Source: Euprymna scolopes (Eukaryota). From it: 64,000 nucleotides of DNA. The stretch lies in assembly GCA_053919585.1 (NCBI GenBank), contig CM132800.1, one strand, 5' to 3'. Made by a program: the position numbers and the translations under genes. The notes below the pieces were generated by a model. That model searched no databases. It saw only the letters and a program-made list of their open reading frames with translations, and was not told the origin of the DNA. This document shows, in pieces, positions 37,620 through 50,699 of this stretch (position 1 is the stretch's first letter; every line of letters starts with the position of its first letter).

Positions 37620-39347
37620 TTTGGCTTAAAATTTTTAAACTATATTTTTCAGGAATTCTATTTTAAAACTTATATTTTTCGAGAACTCTATTTTATAATC
37701 TATATTTTTTCTATCTTAAAATCAATATTTCTCTAGTATTCTATTTTGAAATTAATACTTTCTGAATTTTTTAGATGATGATTGGTTAGTCATTGATAAT
37801 TCATCGACTACTGTTCTCACCTTGAGTGCCATTTTCACAACCTTCCGGTCGATGTAACCTCCAACTTTCTCCAGATGTATCTTATCCAAGTCAGAAATGT
37901 TTCTGTCAAACTCAGAAATTTGGATGGAATTTCGAACGGAACACTTTATTTACTTCACGGGAGTAGCATGTTCTCGGTCCTAAGCAATTCACAATTTTTT
38001 GGTTGCCCACACTGAGAATCGAACCTTCAATATTCAGGAGAATGTCACTTTTACAATTGATTTTTCCAAGTACTCTATCCTTGCGAACAGTTCTAATATG
38101 AATTTTGGGAGTTTTTAACCTATTTTATTTCTAGTTGTGAATATCACTATTTATTACTAATTATTATTATTACTATATATATATTGTTTCCTTATTACTG
38201 TATATTATCTATTATTTATAATTAGCAGTTCTCATATAGTGTTAAATTGTATACTAGGTCTACTTAGTAATTAATTGTCGCCCAGCATATGTGCTGCTTC
38301 TTTGAGTCGTTTTACTCCCCACCGTTCTTTTTTGTCTATAATTTTTACTCCGTCTCATAATGGTAGATTGTTTCCTTTTTCCTTGCAGATATGATCAGTC
38401 ATACCCGATTTTTCTAACTCTCAATGTATTACAGCTTTTCGATGTTCTTTTAATGAACGTCATGTCTCACCTTTACATGGGATCTCATAAACACAGTTCT
38501 TAGTCATGATTTTTCTGTCACAAGCTGTTTCAGGAGAGTTGAATCGCTCCTTAATACTGTCCTAGTGTCAAATGGATTACATATTCGTTGAGGTTTTTCA
38601 GACAAGCCCTTTATGTATGGTGAGTTTCTGAGTGGTGTTTTCGTGCTTGGTCCAGATTTCTCTGGAGCTGAAGTTATACTCTCTGGGTAGTTGTTTCGGA
38701 GAAGGGTTTCTCAAAAACTAGATATATCCTCTTGATATGCATTGCTGTTACTACATATTGCTTTTGCTCGGTGTTGTAGGCAACAGACGATTCCTTTCTT
38801 TATATTATATGGATGGTGGGAGTTGAAGTTTAGGTACTGTCCAGTGAAAGTTGGCTTTCTGTATACAGAAATCTCAATATACAAAAATTTGTATTCCGTC
38901 CGAATTCCTGAGTTCGATAGAAACACTTTTGAATTCGGGAAAATACACCTAAAGAAGATCGGAGGTTACATCGACTGAAATGTTATGAAAATGGCATTGA
39001 AGATAAGAACATTAGTCTAATGAATCCAAATAATACGATTAAAATTTATATTGTTCTAGAATTTTATTTTAAAACCTATATTTTCGAGAACACTATTTAA
39101 AAATCTATATTTTTTAAGAATTCTATTTTAAAATCTATATTCTTCGAGAATTCTATTTTAGAATCTATATTTTTTTTGGAATTCTATTTTTGAATCTGCA
39201 TTTTTCGAGAATTTTATCTTAAAATCTTTATATTTTGTGAATTATATTTATTCGAAAGTTCCATTTAAGAATATGCATTTTTCGAGAATTCAATTTTAAA
39301 ATCTAAACTTTTTAAGAATTCTACTTTAAGATTTATATTTTTTGAAT

Positions 39348-39399
<52 letters not shown>

Positions 39400-39490
39400 A
39401 TTTTATTTTTATTTTAAAATTTATTCTTTTCAAGGTTTCCATTCTAAGATCTATACTCTTCGAGAATTTTATTTTAAAATCAATAATTTT
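37620..39490. repeat. Degenerate ~30-bp minisatellite split by the Penelope insertion (blocks ~37620-37770 and ~39050-39490), containing (TA)n at 39353-39394
   Basis: Unit TTTTCGAGAATTCTATTTTAAAATCTATAT on both sides of the insertion. Confidence 0.8.
37790..39040 (-). mobile_element. 5'-truncated Penelope-like element with inverted terminal (pseudo-LTR) arms
   Basis: Minus strand VYRKPTFTGQYLNFNSHHP (PLE RT C-terminus) and GIY-YIG-region KNCVYEIPC..KGET, SGMTDH, RLKEAAHM. Arms ~37795-37930 and ~38893-39030 are inverted copies. Confidence 0.88.
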
Positions 39491-39554
39491 TTGAAATGTC
39501 AAATGAAGAGCCATGGACATTTTCATCATCTGTACTTTTTGCTTTGCTTTTTTA

Positions 39555-39630
39555 GGTGACAGCATATTGAAAAGTTTGTTGAACGTTGGAATGAAATTTT
39601 AAATAACCTACATTATTGATTAATTAGATG
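39555..39630 (+). mobile_element. Small mariner transposase C-terminal remnant
   Basis: HIEKFVERWNEILNN resembles the mariner terminus GIEKLVERW. Confidence 0.4.
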
Positions 39631-39782
39631 TTATCTTTCATTCGATTTATCTTATTTTATTTTTGCAAAAGAGTCACCACTTATCAAGTCCAGAAGGCTA
39701 CTAAAGGATAAGGGTTAATTGGTGTACGGTTGTCACAACAAACTATTCTATTCAACATTCTTACAAACCAAAATTTAAGTTT

Positions 39783-40003
39783 TACAGTTTTCTTTTCTAG
39801 ATTACGCATTTTTAACAGTTTTCTAGATTACGCATTTTTAACAGTTTTCTAGATTACGCATTTTTAACAGTTTTCTAGATTACGCATTTTTAACAGTTTT
39901 CTAGATTACGCATTTTTTACAGTTTTCTAGATTACGCATTTTTAACAGTTTTCTAGATTACGCATTTTTTACAGTTTTCTTTTCTAGATTACGCATTTTT
40001 AAC
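39783..40003. repeat. 26-bp minisatellite, ~8 copies
   Basis: Unit ACAGTTTTCTAGATTACGCATTTTTA. Confidence 0.95.
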
Positions 40004-40093
40004 GGATTTTTCTTAACTGGATGCGTGTTTTATAAATATAAATAAATTAGCATAACATAATATTAAAAAGAATATATTAATAAAAACATAATG

Positions 40094-40159
<66 letters not shown>

Positions 40160-41215
40160 TAATTGATTAAAATTTGAACTTGAAAAAATGACGCTGTTTT
40201 CCGAGTTTTACTAAATATGTACGACTAAAAATTATGTATGATCAATGTACGACTAATTGCCGCTACTGCTGAAATGGCGTCGCTCTTCACATGACGCCCT
40301 AGCGCTAAAAATAAAGAAAAGAAATACAAACATTTTAACTACTTATAAACATACTTATAAACATACTGATGGCCTTGATTACTGGAACCAGCGTGCACCA
40401 GTAAACATCTTTACATACAAAACGTTTTCCCATCTTCGCTTGAACGTCCGGAACTATCCCCCACAAAAAAATTAAAACCTCCTCTGAAATAATAAATCAT
40501 GTTTTTCGGGTTTTACTAAATATGTACGACTAAAAATTATGTCCGATCAATGTACGACTAATTGCCTCTGCTGCCGATTAAAGCAAATTCGACACAGGCG
40601 ATCGACTGGGTAATGGGAAATATCGTAAAACAAAACAATAAAACGAATTTACTCAGGAGTTTCGAGTGTGAATCTTACTTTTTCCTGACTAGATTAGTGC
40701 TTAATAATGACTTTTAATAATTTTTAGTAGTTCTTATAGTGCTTAATAATGACTCTTAATAATTTTTAGTAGTTCTCTTAAAATGCAATTTTTTGGGGAA
40801 GGGAGGTCAATGTAATTTATAATAACAAAACTTATTTAATTTTTGGAATTCTGAAATAATATACAAATAATTTTAGTGATTCTTGAACTTGTAATCCTTG
40901 TTAAAGATATATATTATTAAATTCTAATGTTATGATGCGCATATTTTTTCTTATGTGCAGAATCTAATATTAAAAAGTTATGGTGTTTTGTGAGTTTTTC
41001 TATTTGTACGCAAATAGAAATAACAGAGAATTGATTGCCAAAAAAGAATAGGCATATTAAAGTAGTAGTTTTTATGATTGTAATATCAGAGTTCGAATCT
41101 CATGTAAGCTTAACGGATTTTTCTAAACTGGATGCCTGTTTTGTAAATATAAATAAATTAGTATAACATTATAATATTAAAAACAATAATAATATATTAA
41201 TAAAAACATAATAAT
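40000..41215 (+). repeat. Local direct duplications (~40000-40090 with ~41110-41215; ~40195-40270 with ~40500-40575; ~42-bp x2 at ~40695-40780)
   Basis: Shared TAACGGATTTTTCT.AACTGGATGC and TTTTACTAAATATGTACGACTAAAAATTATGT..GATCAATGTACGACTAATTGCC. Confidence 0.85.
40094..40158. repeat. (AAT)n microsatellite
   Basis: Direct reading. Confidence 0.97.
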
Positions 41216-42488
41216 ATAAAAACGTTACGTAAATATTTTTAACAAAACTATTTGACATTTTCTTGATAATTCACAAAAAGTAAAAATAAATGGATATTAG
41301 ATATTCGTTCAAAGCGAAACTTTCTACTGTTTATCCCACATAAAATCAATATGTAAATATATTAATGGTAAGTTACCTATTCTCTCGTGCAAATACTAAG
41401 TAGCATTTGTTTCCTACAAAATTCCCCAAATATTTACCTTCGTATTAGCTATAAAGTAGTAGCAGCTACATAAAGCTGGAAATTGACATACCCAGGTCAT
41501 ATGCAAACACCGGTCATAGAGTGGGTATAAAGTAGTTGTGAGTTGTGAGTAAAGTGAAAAAAAACCCCCCAAAACAGCAATATGTTTTTATTTATTTGCA
41601 AATGAGTTTGTATCATCCCCATTTTGCCACTTATTAGACTATAAAAGATACAAATGGAATTTACTTGACGATTATGAACATGCCCATAATTAAAGACAAC
41701 ACAAACTAATCCTGGGTCATGGGCGGAAGTTGAGAATGCATGGATCGTGGTCATCTCATAATTAAGAGTCGGCAAGCAAACTAAATTCGGTTTCACCTCC
41801 TGTATTGATTTAATATGTGTTTATTCAGCCAGAGCTTCGTTTAACATATCTATACCACCATAGCTGGTTGCAACTCCACACTAGACACCTTCATCCTCAG
41901 CAGAAAAGAGTTAGAACTCTCTCAGAAAAACACACACCACAACTCCATAGAACCATAACCCTGTCGTTTATCTGCATAAAGAGCGGGCTTATAGAATTCA
42001 CTTGCCTGTAACATGGCTTTACGGGTCGACCCTGCTTGAGATTTTACAGTAGATTAAAACGAAAAAAAAAAACCATAAAATTTGCTCCATACGATGGAAA
42101 CATACATTCCTACCAGCATAAATCATAACGTCCAGATAGCACAAGGGATTCACAATTTCCAACATTTACAGACCATCCACAGAGAAACCAGAACAAGGTC
42201 TACCTTTCATTAGACGTCACATGTAGAGACTAAACTACTTTTTTGGTATCATTCAAGCTTATAATAATAATGAACACAATAACAAGTCTGCATAAAACAA
42301 GATAAGAATCTTATTACAACAATGCTTGTTAATGCACCCTAAATTTGAAGATAATTTAAATAATTTTTATCGTTTTCCTGTCAATTATAAAAATGTGCAT
42401 GCCAACTTCATTAATATATACTCCTTTGAATTTTTTTGTGTGTATTGATATTCATTGTGTAAAAAGTTATTGTAAACACTAACTTCTT

Positions 42489-42890
42489 TCTATATATATT
42501 CAGATACGCGTAAAAAAAAACTTTGGCCTACCGAAATCCTCTGTCATTTTTTGGTTTACAGACATGAAACTTAATATATAGGGTATTCGAACCCATATAA
42601 AACTTTATATTTAGATTTTAGCCGGGGAAAATCAGTGCAAACGTGTGAAAATTTAAAAAAAATGTTATTTGCCAGGTGAAGGTCGAAAGATAGCATTACG
42701 AATAGGTACGCGTAATGTAATAGCTATTGGTTCATGTTGTAATTTTTAGCCTTGCAGCAAACATGTCTTCCTAGCTCAAGCATTAACATCAAAGAAAAAG
42801 TAAACGTTTTGGTTTTGATTCTCGATGGTGGCACACGAGTAATTTATTTTTATTGTTTAAAGCATTACTATCTATTGGGTCTAATATAAT
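42489..42890 (+). mobile_element. Second long copy of the Helitron-like family (3'-truncated)
   Basis: Colinear with ~7200-7545 (CAGACATGAAACTTAATA...GGGGAAAATC.GTGCAAA...TGAAGGTCGAA). Confidence 0.8.
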
Positions 42891-43479
42891 CCACTATATA
42901 ATATTTTGATTCCCCCCGAAGCAAAGTATCGTTGGTTTGCAATAACAGACGCTAGACAAATTCAATTACATCTACCCTGATAGCCAGTATCTTATGTAGC
43001 TTACGACCACCATTTCTGCCACATTCACACGTGATAATAAAATGCTACATTACATCCAATGAGCAACACCATCACAATCGCTCCATCTTTAGAGGAAGGA
43101 GTTCCTATTTTTCTCTCTCATTATTTAGGGCTCCCACTTCTACCTGTTCACACCGGGACAAATTCTACAATTTCCTACACTATTTTACTTGCACCTCTTT
43201 TAACTGGTTATTTCAAACATAGACATAACATACTCTTTCTATTTTACACTACATAAATAATGAAGTCTCCCCAGTATAATTCTGATTCGGGAATACAATT
43301 CTTCCACTTTATAAACGAATGGTTACTAAAAATGTTAAATGACATCACTAACAAACATATTCCTTGGCCCGTCAATGTGTCCGATACAGAAAAAACAATT
43401 GTTCTTACAGAAATTACCAAATACAATATTACATGTAATTAGAAATTAATGTATTCCTACTTTTTATACAATCCACAAC

Positions 43480-43950
43480 ATTACGTTCGTTTATTGTTCC
43501 CTTTTCTTTATCACTCCAACTACGCCACTCATGAACCGTGCGTCTTCCGTCATATACATAAACAAATTTAGTTTCTTATGAAAACTGCTTATTTGCGACA
43601 CATTTTTGAATGTACTTTACGTTTCCAACATACCCAACTACAATTTTCACCCACCTAGAAATAAAACTTAACTTGTAGCGCTTATATCTAATTATTACAT
43701 TATACAATTAGACCGTACTGTTTTCCTATCTTTTTATTGCATTCCTAAGCAACACGTACGTTTTTTTTACACATTTATTCATCACTACGACTACGACGTC
43801 GCGTTCTCCGTTATATACAAACTTAGTTTCTCAAGATTACCACTTATTTACGGCAAATTTTAAATATGCTTTTCGGATTCCAGCACCCCCAAAATACGAT
43901 TTTAACCTGTCCCCCATTCACAACAACCTTATTTTGTAGCGCTTATTTAT
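43480..43950 (+). repeat. Diverged tandem duplication, period ~270 bp
   Basis: Repeated TCCGT.ATATACA..TTAGTTTCT..CTTATTT..TTGTAGCGCTTAT. Confidence 0.7.
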
Positions 43951-44649
43951 TACTATTTATTTATTACTATTTATTACTATTAAGTGTTAGGACGCGTGAG
44001 GTTATAAATTTGCATATTGCTACGCAATTACTATTCAGAAAAAAAGGGTTTATTCTCTTATGAATGCAAAAAAGCTGTGAAAAATAATTATTCTAAGTCC
44101 AAGATTTAACATCAATGGTTATCTTAAAAATCGGCAAAAAAATGAATATTTCGTTACATTTCCTTAGATAAGTGTTTCATGGTTACAAAATAAATAACGG
44201 TTATTGTTTTTTTGAAAGCATTAAAATACATTGCCACGCAAAACTAATCCAGGTAAGTATAAAAGTAACTCACATAGCCCAAAATGGTTACTTGCAACTT
44301 TTAATTATTTTGGGCTGCACCCATTTTTTATTTTATACAAAAACGCTTTCCTACTTTTGTTTTTTGAGTTACTATAACAGTAATTTCATAAACCTTTCCA
44401 TCTGTGGAACATATTATTATATGACTGCTTCTCTGCAGGCTACAACATGATCGTCTTCAAATCCAATGTCAACAACTTCCCCATCAGTAATCAAACTTTT
44501 TATTCCATTCGTCATTTTCAATCGTCTCATAATATTCTTCATTCAAATAACAATCCATTCATCTTGTTAATCATTATTCCCCAGTGGCTTTTGGCCTTAA
44601 TAATTAGTGACTCATGAGTTAAAAAACAGGCCATTTTCATCACCAAACC

Positions 44650-44843
44650 CACATTATTCGGGACAAGATCAAAGTGTAGTATCTGTTCTTCAGATGCTGC
44701 ACTTCTATTTCTTGTTCTCTTTCGGTGGAGGAGAAATCCTTCACGACTGAGACAATTTTTATTTTTGTACCTTTTCTCCACGTTAAAAAACGACCCTGGT
44801 GTCTAACTCTGTCCCGTGGGGAGGCATAGTAAATAGGTACTAT
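44650..44843 (+). mobile_element. 3' part of a dispersed SINE/LINE-tail family
   Basis: The end GACCCTGGTGTCTAACTCTGTCCCGTGGGGAGGCAT.GTAAATAGG is near-identical at 49196-49256. An internally deleted copy lies at ~27350-27405 and inverted older copies at ~47105-47280 and ~48620-48800. Confidence 0.7.
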
Positions 44844-45288
44844 AACAGTAAGTATTACTCTATAAAGCGGAGAAAACTGAGGATATTGAATAAAATAATT
44901 AATTAAATAAATAAATTTAAAAAATCCAAGACGTTTTTTTTTACATTTCCTTAGGATAGGATATGTTTTCGTTCTTAATTCAACTTCTACTTCTTATTAC
45001 ATCTTGGAAACGAACTATTTGTAGTCGCAGAGGCGGGTAAGGACGCGGTCAACATTACCATTAGGATTTATCATTACAAAAAAAAAATACCTTAAACAAT
45101 TTACACAATACAAAAGTGTATTTTAAAAATATTGTATTACAAGGACAACCACGACGACTTGAAAACATATCCAAACTTACAGTTTAACACGTGACTAAAT
45201 TGAAAAAAGTTAGCTCCCGATTAGTTGCGTTTTCTTTTATTTATTACTAGTTGTGCCATGCGTTGCTGTGACTAAGTCTGGTTGACGC

Positions 45289-45424
45289 NNNNNNNNNNNN
45301 NNNNNNNNNNNNNNNNNNNNNNNNNNNNNNNNNNNNNNNNNNNNNNNNNNNNNNNNNNNNNNNNNNNNNNNNNNNNNNNNNNNNNNNNNNNNNNNNNNNN
45401 NNNNNNNNNNNNNNNNNNNNNNNN
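45289..45424. other. Assembly gap (N run) abutting a CA-rich low-complexity tract (45425-45612)
   Basis: N characters. Confidence 1.
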
Positions 45425-45614
45425 NCACACACGACCAACAGTCACATACACGCACGTACAAGTACACTCGATCAAACGCACACACACACACAAAAACACA
45501 AAAACACAAATCTAAAAACACAAAAATCGCACACACACACGCACACACAGAGACATGAACACATGCACATGCATAAACATATGCGCACACACACGTACAC
45601 ACATACATACACTT

Positions 45615-46330
45615 TGCAAATAGTCAGGAATAGACAGTTTAAATGCTTCAAAATCACACACAAGGAGGTTTTGAAGTATATGAACTGTCAATTTCAGGTT
45701 ATGATTAAATGTTAGAGTCAAGCAGTATAGGTCATTGTGTAAGTTTTCGGCAAAATCTGGGCCATGGCTATGTAAGTCGCTTTATCCATTGTATTTTTTA
45801 ATTAGCGTAAAAAGAAAGAATTTCAACCAAATAGTCAGGAATAGACTTCAAAAGCATATATTAGGAGATATTTTTAAATAAATGAAATGTCAATTTCTGG
45901 TTTGTCCAAATCCGAGTCTCAGCTGTATTAATTTTTATTTATTTATTTATTTTTTATTTTATTTTATTTTTTTTTTTTTGTATTTAGCAAAACTAAAGAA
46001 AGAATTTTGGTAAATCGTACTAAAAATAAATAAATGTTAGAGTCAAACAATATAGGTTAATGTGGAAGTTTTCGGCAAAATCCTGGTCTCGGCTATATTA
46101 TTCACTTTATCTATTTTTTTATTTTTTATTATTTAATGCAAAAAGAAAGAATTGTAGTAAAATTGTCATGAATAGACAGTTTAAAGGCTTTCAAAGCATA
46201 TATAAGATTTTTTAAGTAAATTAGCCATCAATTTTTGGTTCATCAAAATCTGAGTTTCGGCTATATTAATTGCTTAATTTGTTTCTTTTTAATTAACGTA
46301 ACTGAAGAAAGAATTTTAGTAAAAATGTGG
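45615..46330 (+). repeat. Degenerate modular tandem repeat
   Basis: Recurrent AAATAGTCAGGAATAGAC, TAAATGTTAGAGTCAA..A.TATAGGT and AAGTTTTCGGCAAAATC. Confidence 0.7.
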
Positions 46331-47573
46331 CATAAAAAAGATTAAAAAATTGCTTATCAGCGTGTGCCGATGTATAGAAAAACAATATTTAATAACAAGT
46401 ACGATGTATGTAAATACAAAAGATTTAGTCTGTTAGCGTAATTAAAGAAAGAAGTCAATCATACTTTAAAGAAAAGATTTATCTAGTTTTAAAAAATGTG
46501 CCGATATGTCAAAAAATAGTATTTAGTAATGTATGTAAACACAAAAGATTTAACATGGTAACATAACTGTAGAAGAACAATTGCCTCTTGTAGAGAGTGA
46601 CGCCATATTTGTAAATTTCTGAAGCGTTCGTTTTTGTAATAAGATTCAGATTCTAGAATGAACGAATTCTCAGCTATCAGCCAATGAGATTTGGTGGAAT
46701 GTGAGAATTTCTTATTTTTGAATTTGGAAATGGAAATGTCTATGAGTATAGGATCCAGGAAATGGTATGTCTATGAGTATAGGATCCAGTTAATGAGGGT
46801 GCAACCCCAGATCAGTCGAATGTTCAGAATTCTCCCCGATGATGAGTGGTTAGGTTGACTTGTTATTTGGAGGGGAAAATAGGAACTACTTCCTCTAAAG
46901 ATAGTTGTGATTGTGAGGATAAAATGTAAGATTTTATTATAACGAGTGAATGTGTCTAAAATGTCGTTCAAAAGTTACATAAGATAGTGACTGATAGTCT
47001 AGACATAATAAGTCTGTATATGACATCTGTTGTTGTAAACCTACAGTACTTAAAACAATGAACAACTAACATAATAGGAAAGTGTATTTTTTAAAAATTT
47101 TATCATGAGGGCAGAGTAGACACAAGGTCGGTTTTAAATATGGGGAAATACAGTTCCTCCAATAACGGGCACTTTGGATAGGATAAATTGTCTCAGTCTA
47201 GAAGGATTTCTTCTCCACTGATCGAGGTCAGAAAAGGTGAAGTACAGTATAAAAACAGACACTACACTATATCGACCTCCTATACATATTTCTTTTCTGA
47301 AAATTTCGTTGTTTTTTTGTTTTTTTCAAAACTAATCGTATTAAAAAATATGCTATTATTTGTAACATATATACTCCATAAATATATATGAAATGCATCC
47401 ATAAATCGCCACGATACATTCATTCAGGCCACGGACGCCAGTGCTTGACATTATAATGGGCAGCAGTGGACCCAACTAACAACCGTAGTTAATTTCTTTT
47501 TCTTTTTCTTTTTTTTTTCCGGTGGGGTGAAAGGCATACGTCTACCGGGAAACGCCGATACATGGGTCCTGCT

Positions 47574-47628
<55 letters not shown>
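47574..47628. repeat. (AAT)n microsatellite, followed by a Helitron-like 3' end (to 47704)
   Basis: Direct reading. 47620-47704 matches ~7550-7631 and ends in CTAG. Confidence 0.9.
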
Positions 47629-47632
<4 letters not shown>

Positions 47633-48094
47633 CTAAATCTCCATTAATCAAAATATCATATTTAAACATATTTTATGACCAGGCAATGTCAGGCGGCCTG
47701 CTAGCATATTATTGGAATGCTCTGCTGTATCACAGAAGCTGGAACATCATTCTGCTGTGGTGCATCACAAAATGACAGACTTGGTTTCATACTTTCCAGA
47801 TGTCTATCCGCTTATTCTAGTGGGAAATTAAAGGTACAGTATTACAATTAAACTATCCATGGAACATGAAGACGGCTTTAGAATTCACAGACTGAGCCAA
47901 AAATGTTTGTATATGATGAGATGTAACTGAAATTCTTATTTTCTCTGAATGCTACCACAGTTCTTTAAGTTTCAGTTCACCAACTTCGTTTTTTATTGAA
48001 ATGGGTCATTTACACAATTTTTATACAAATGGGTCATGGAAGGCTTTAAGAGATTATTGGTTGGATGATGAACGACACAAATGGGTGGAATGGG

Positions 48095-48430
48095 CAAAAA
48101 ATTACTAAAGAGAAATTGAATATCCAACCTGGCGTTTCAACAAGTATTTGTTTACATTAAACTTGTAAACAAGCGTGTTGTAATCGTTTGGAAAGCAGCT
48201 TTGTGGTGTTTTGTCACACAGATGGGATGTTTCAGAAAAGAAACTTCGTTCATGAAAGTCCATTTGAATTTTCATACAGAGAAAAAGTAAAGAATGTTCT
48301 TTGCTGTGATTGTAGCTTGTGAGTTGAGTTTTTGTGATCGTTTTACTTATATAACTTATGTGTCTCTTGGAAGATTTATGCATAGAAAAGATAGATTTTG
48401 TCTTGCAAGTGTATGCCTCGTTGCCTAGCC
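48095..48430 (-). mobile_element. Old CR1-group LINE 3' fragment
   Basis: FHERSFFSETSHL...CFPNDYN..YKFNVNKYL is homologous to ORF 28127-28363. Confidence 0.7.
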
Positions 48431-50699
48431 AAAAAAGGGGAAATGTTGAAAATTATTGTCACTCTTGGAAAAAGTTGGTTCATTTGGTACTTTTTATATC
48501 TTTCATTTGACACTTTTAAGCAGTTCCTTATATATAAGTCTCTCCTCTGTGTTAAAACATGTAATTCTTTGAACATGGGTTTGAATATGTGGAAAAATAT
48601 TTTTTAAAAAAATATTTAATTAATAGAGTTAGACACAAGGTTGGTTTTTAATATGAGGAAATTCCTCTCTCTAATATAGAACATTCTGGATTGAAACAAA
48701 AATAAAAATTTCCTTAGTCTAGACAGATTTTCCTTTCATTGACCGAAGACAGAAAATGTGAATTTTAGTATTAGAACAGATGCTATTACACTTGACTCGA
48801 AGCTAAATAAAAGTTTTAAGCAGCAGCTCATTTCAATATATTTGCAACAGCAGATCAAGTACTATATGATGACATAATTAGTTGATAATTATCAACATAT
48901 TTAATGCAATTACTTTAACAACCTTATTCTTCAATGGAGAGATTTGCAATCTTGCTTTAATTTATTCTACAGAACGTTGAATTGCTTAATTAATTCAAAC
49001 TGATTTAGGCTTTTTACCTCATAGTTTCTCGATCATCTATCCACTGTTTATATTTGATTTCGGAAATTTCTTTTTTGCAGATATTTTTTCATAGTTAAAT
49101 CATTCTTTTATATTTTATATTCCACTCAGGAAAAGCCGGGACCCGGGTCCTGCTAGTATAATATATTTTACTTGTATCTGCTATAACATTAATCAACGTT
49201 AAAAAAACGACCCTGGTGTCTAACTCTGTCCCGTGGGGAGGCATTGTAAATAGGTATAACATAATCAACAATTTCTTTGACGTCAGACTTTTTAAAGTTT
49301 TTTGCCCTTATCTCTAACTGGACTGGCCTTATCTTTTATCACACTGATTAGTGCTTTAACTTGCTTTGACAATATTGCATGGATTCTCTTTCTGTGTATC
49401 TCAAACTCAGAAATTAATAAAGAGTAAAGTTCTTTGATATCAGTGTAAATTTTAAACCTACTATGTAGTAAATTCAGTTCTCACATGTAAGAATGTATGA
49501 ACAATTCTCAAGATAAGCACTGAAATTTGAAATGGGGGCGAGAGCTTTTGAAATGAGAAAAAAAAAACAAAAGTATAATTTTACAATTTTACATGAGAAA
49601 GTAATGAAAACAGAAAATGGTAAATGAACAGAAAAGAGAAGATGTGCTAATATGTGCAATAACTTATCTAAGAAATAATATTTTGCATTTGTCGATTCCG
49701 GCTCTTTTCAGCATGGAAGAAATGGCTTTTATCTGTGACTTTCAGCCGGCTTACATTACAAATGCAGTCAGGCCAACGTCAAAGTGAGAAATATGGAAAT
49801 AGAGGAGTGGCTGCTCTTGAACTGCTTTATATAGGCTTTGTCACAATGCAGTCGAACCATGTCAAAGATGGTGGCTAATGAGTACAGTTGAGCAGGAGTG
49901 GGGGCTTTTATTGTGAAGCAGTCAACCAATGTTACGGTTGTAAGGAGAAGATAATGGAAAAGAAACCAAAGAGTTTATATAGACTGGCTTACATTGGAAC
50001 AGTGAGTTGGGGTACCTATTTGTCAGTCTATGGAATTCTTCAAGAGATAAGGGAGATAACCCAAATCAATAAACATACAAATTTTAATAACTGGGTATGT
50101 TTTGCATATAGTCTTATGTATATCATTTGCAGGATGAACATTTTGATAAGAAATCTATGTAACTACAAAAGTCACCCTCACAACTCGATTGAAGATGAAA
50201 TTACTTTATTATATAAATCAACATAGCAGGCTGCAAACTAAAACTTTGTTCCTTCATCAGATCATCCCAGTTATTCATCAAAACTGCATACAATTTTTTT
50301 AGTTCAGTGCTGTGATCGGTTTCAGACGAGGAAAGTTCTAGGAGCTCCAACCTCACTTCTGAGAAATGGTTAGTGTATTGCAAATCCTCTAAGGGAATGC
50401 CAATGGGACTGTTCAGACAATTTTGCAGGCGAGAGTGCTCTTTGTCTATGGCGCTGGCTCTTCAATTTCATTTTCCGAACCTTGTGTCACATCCTCCCGC
50501 GGTGAGAAGGAGATAAATAGCTTTATTTCTAAACATAAGTTTAGCAAACACCATATGATGATATAATTACTTGATGATTCTCAACACATTTGATACAAAC
50601 ACTTTATATGATACTAGAATGTTTTTTCTCGGGTTAAATCGATTCCCTTTTATACACTATTTTTTATGTTCCGTTGTTAAAATAAAATATGTTATTAAA

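Noticed and set aside
41085-41110. tRNA B-box-like GTTCGAATC (also ~31032)
   Set aside because: No A box or cloverleaf could be formed.
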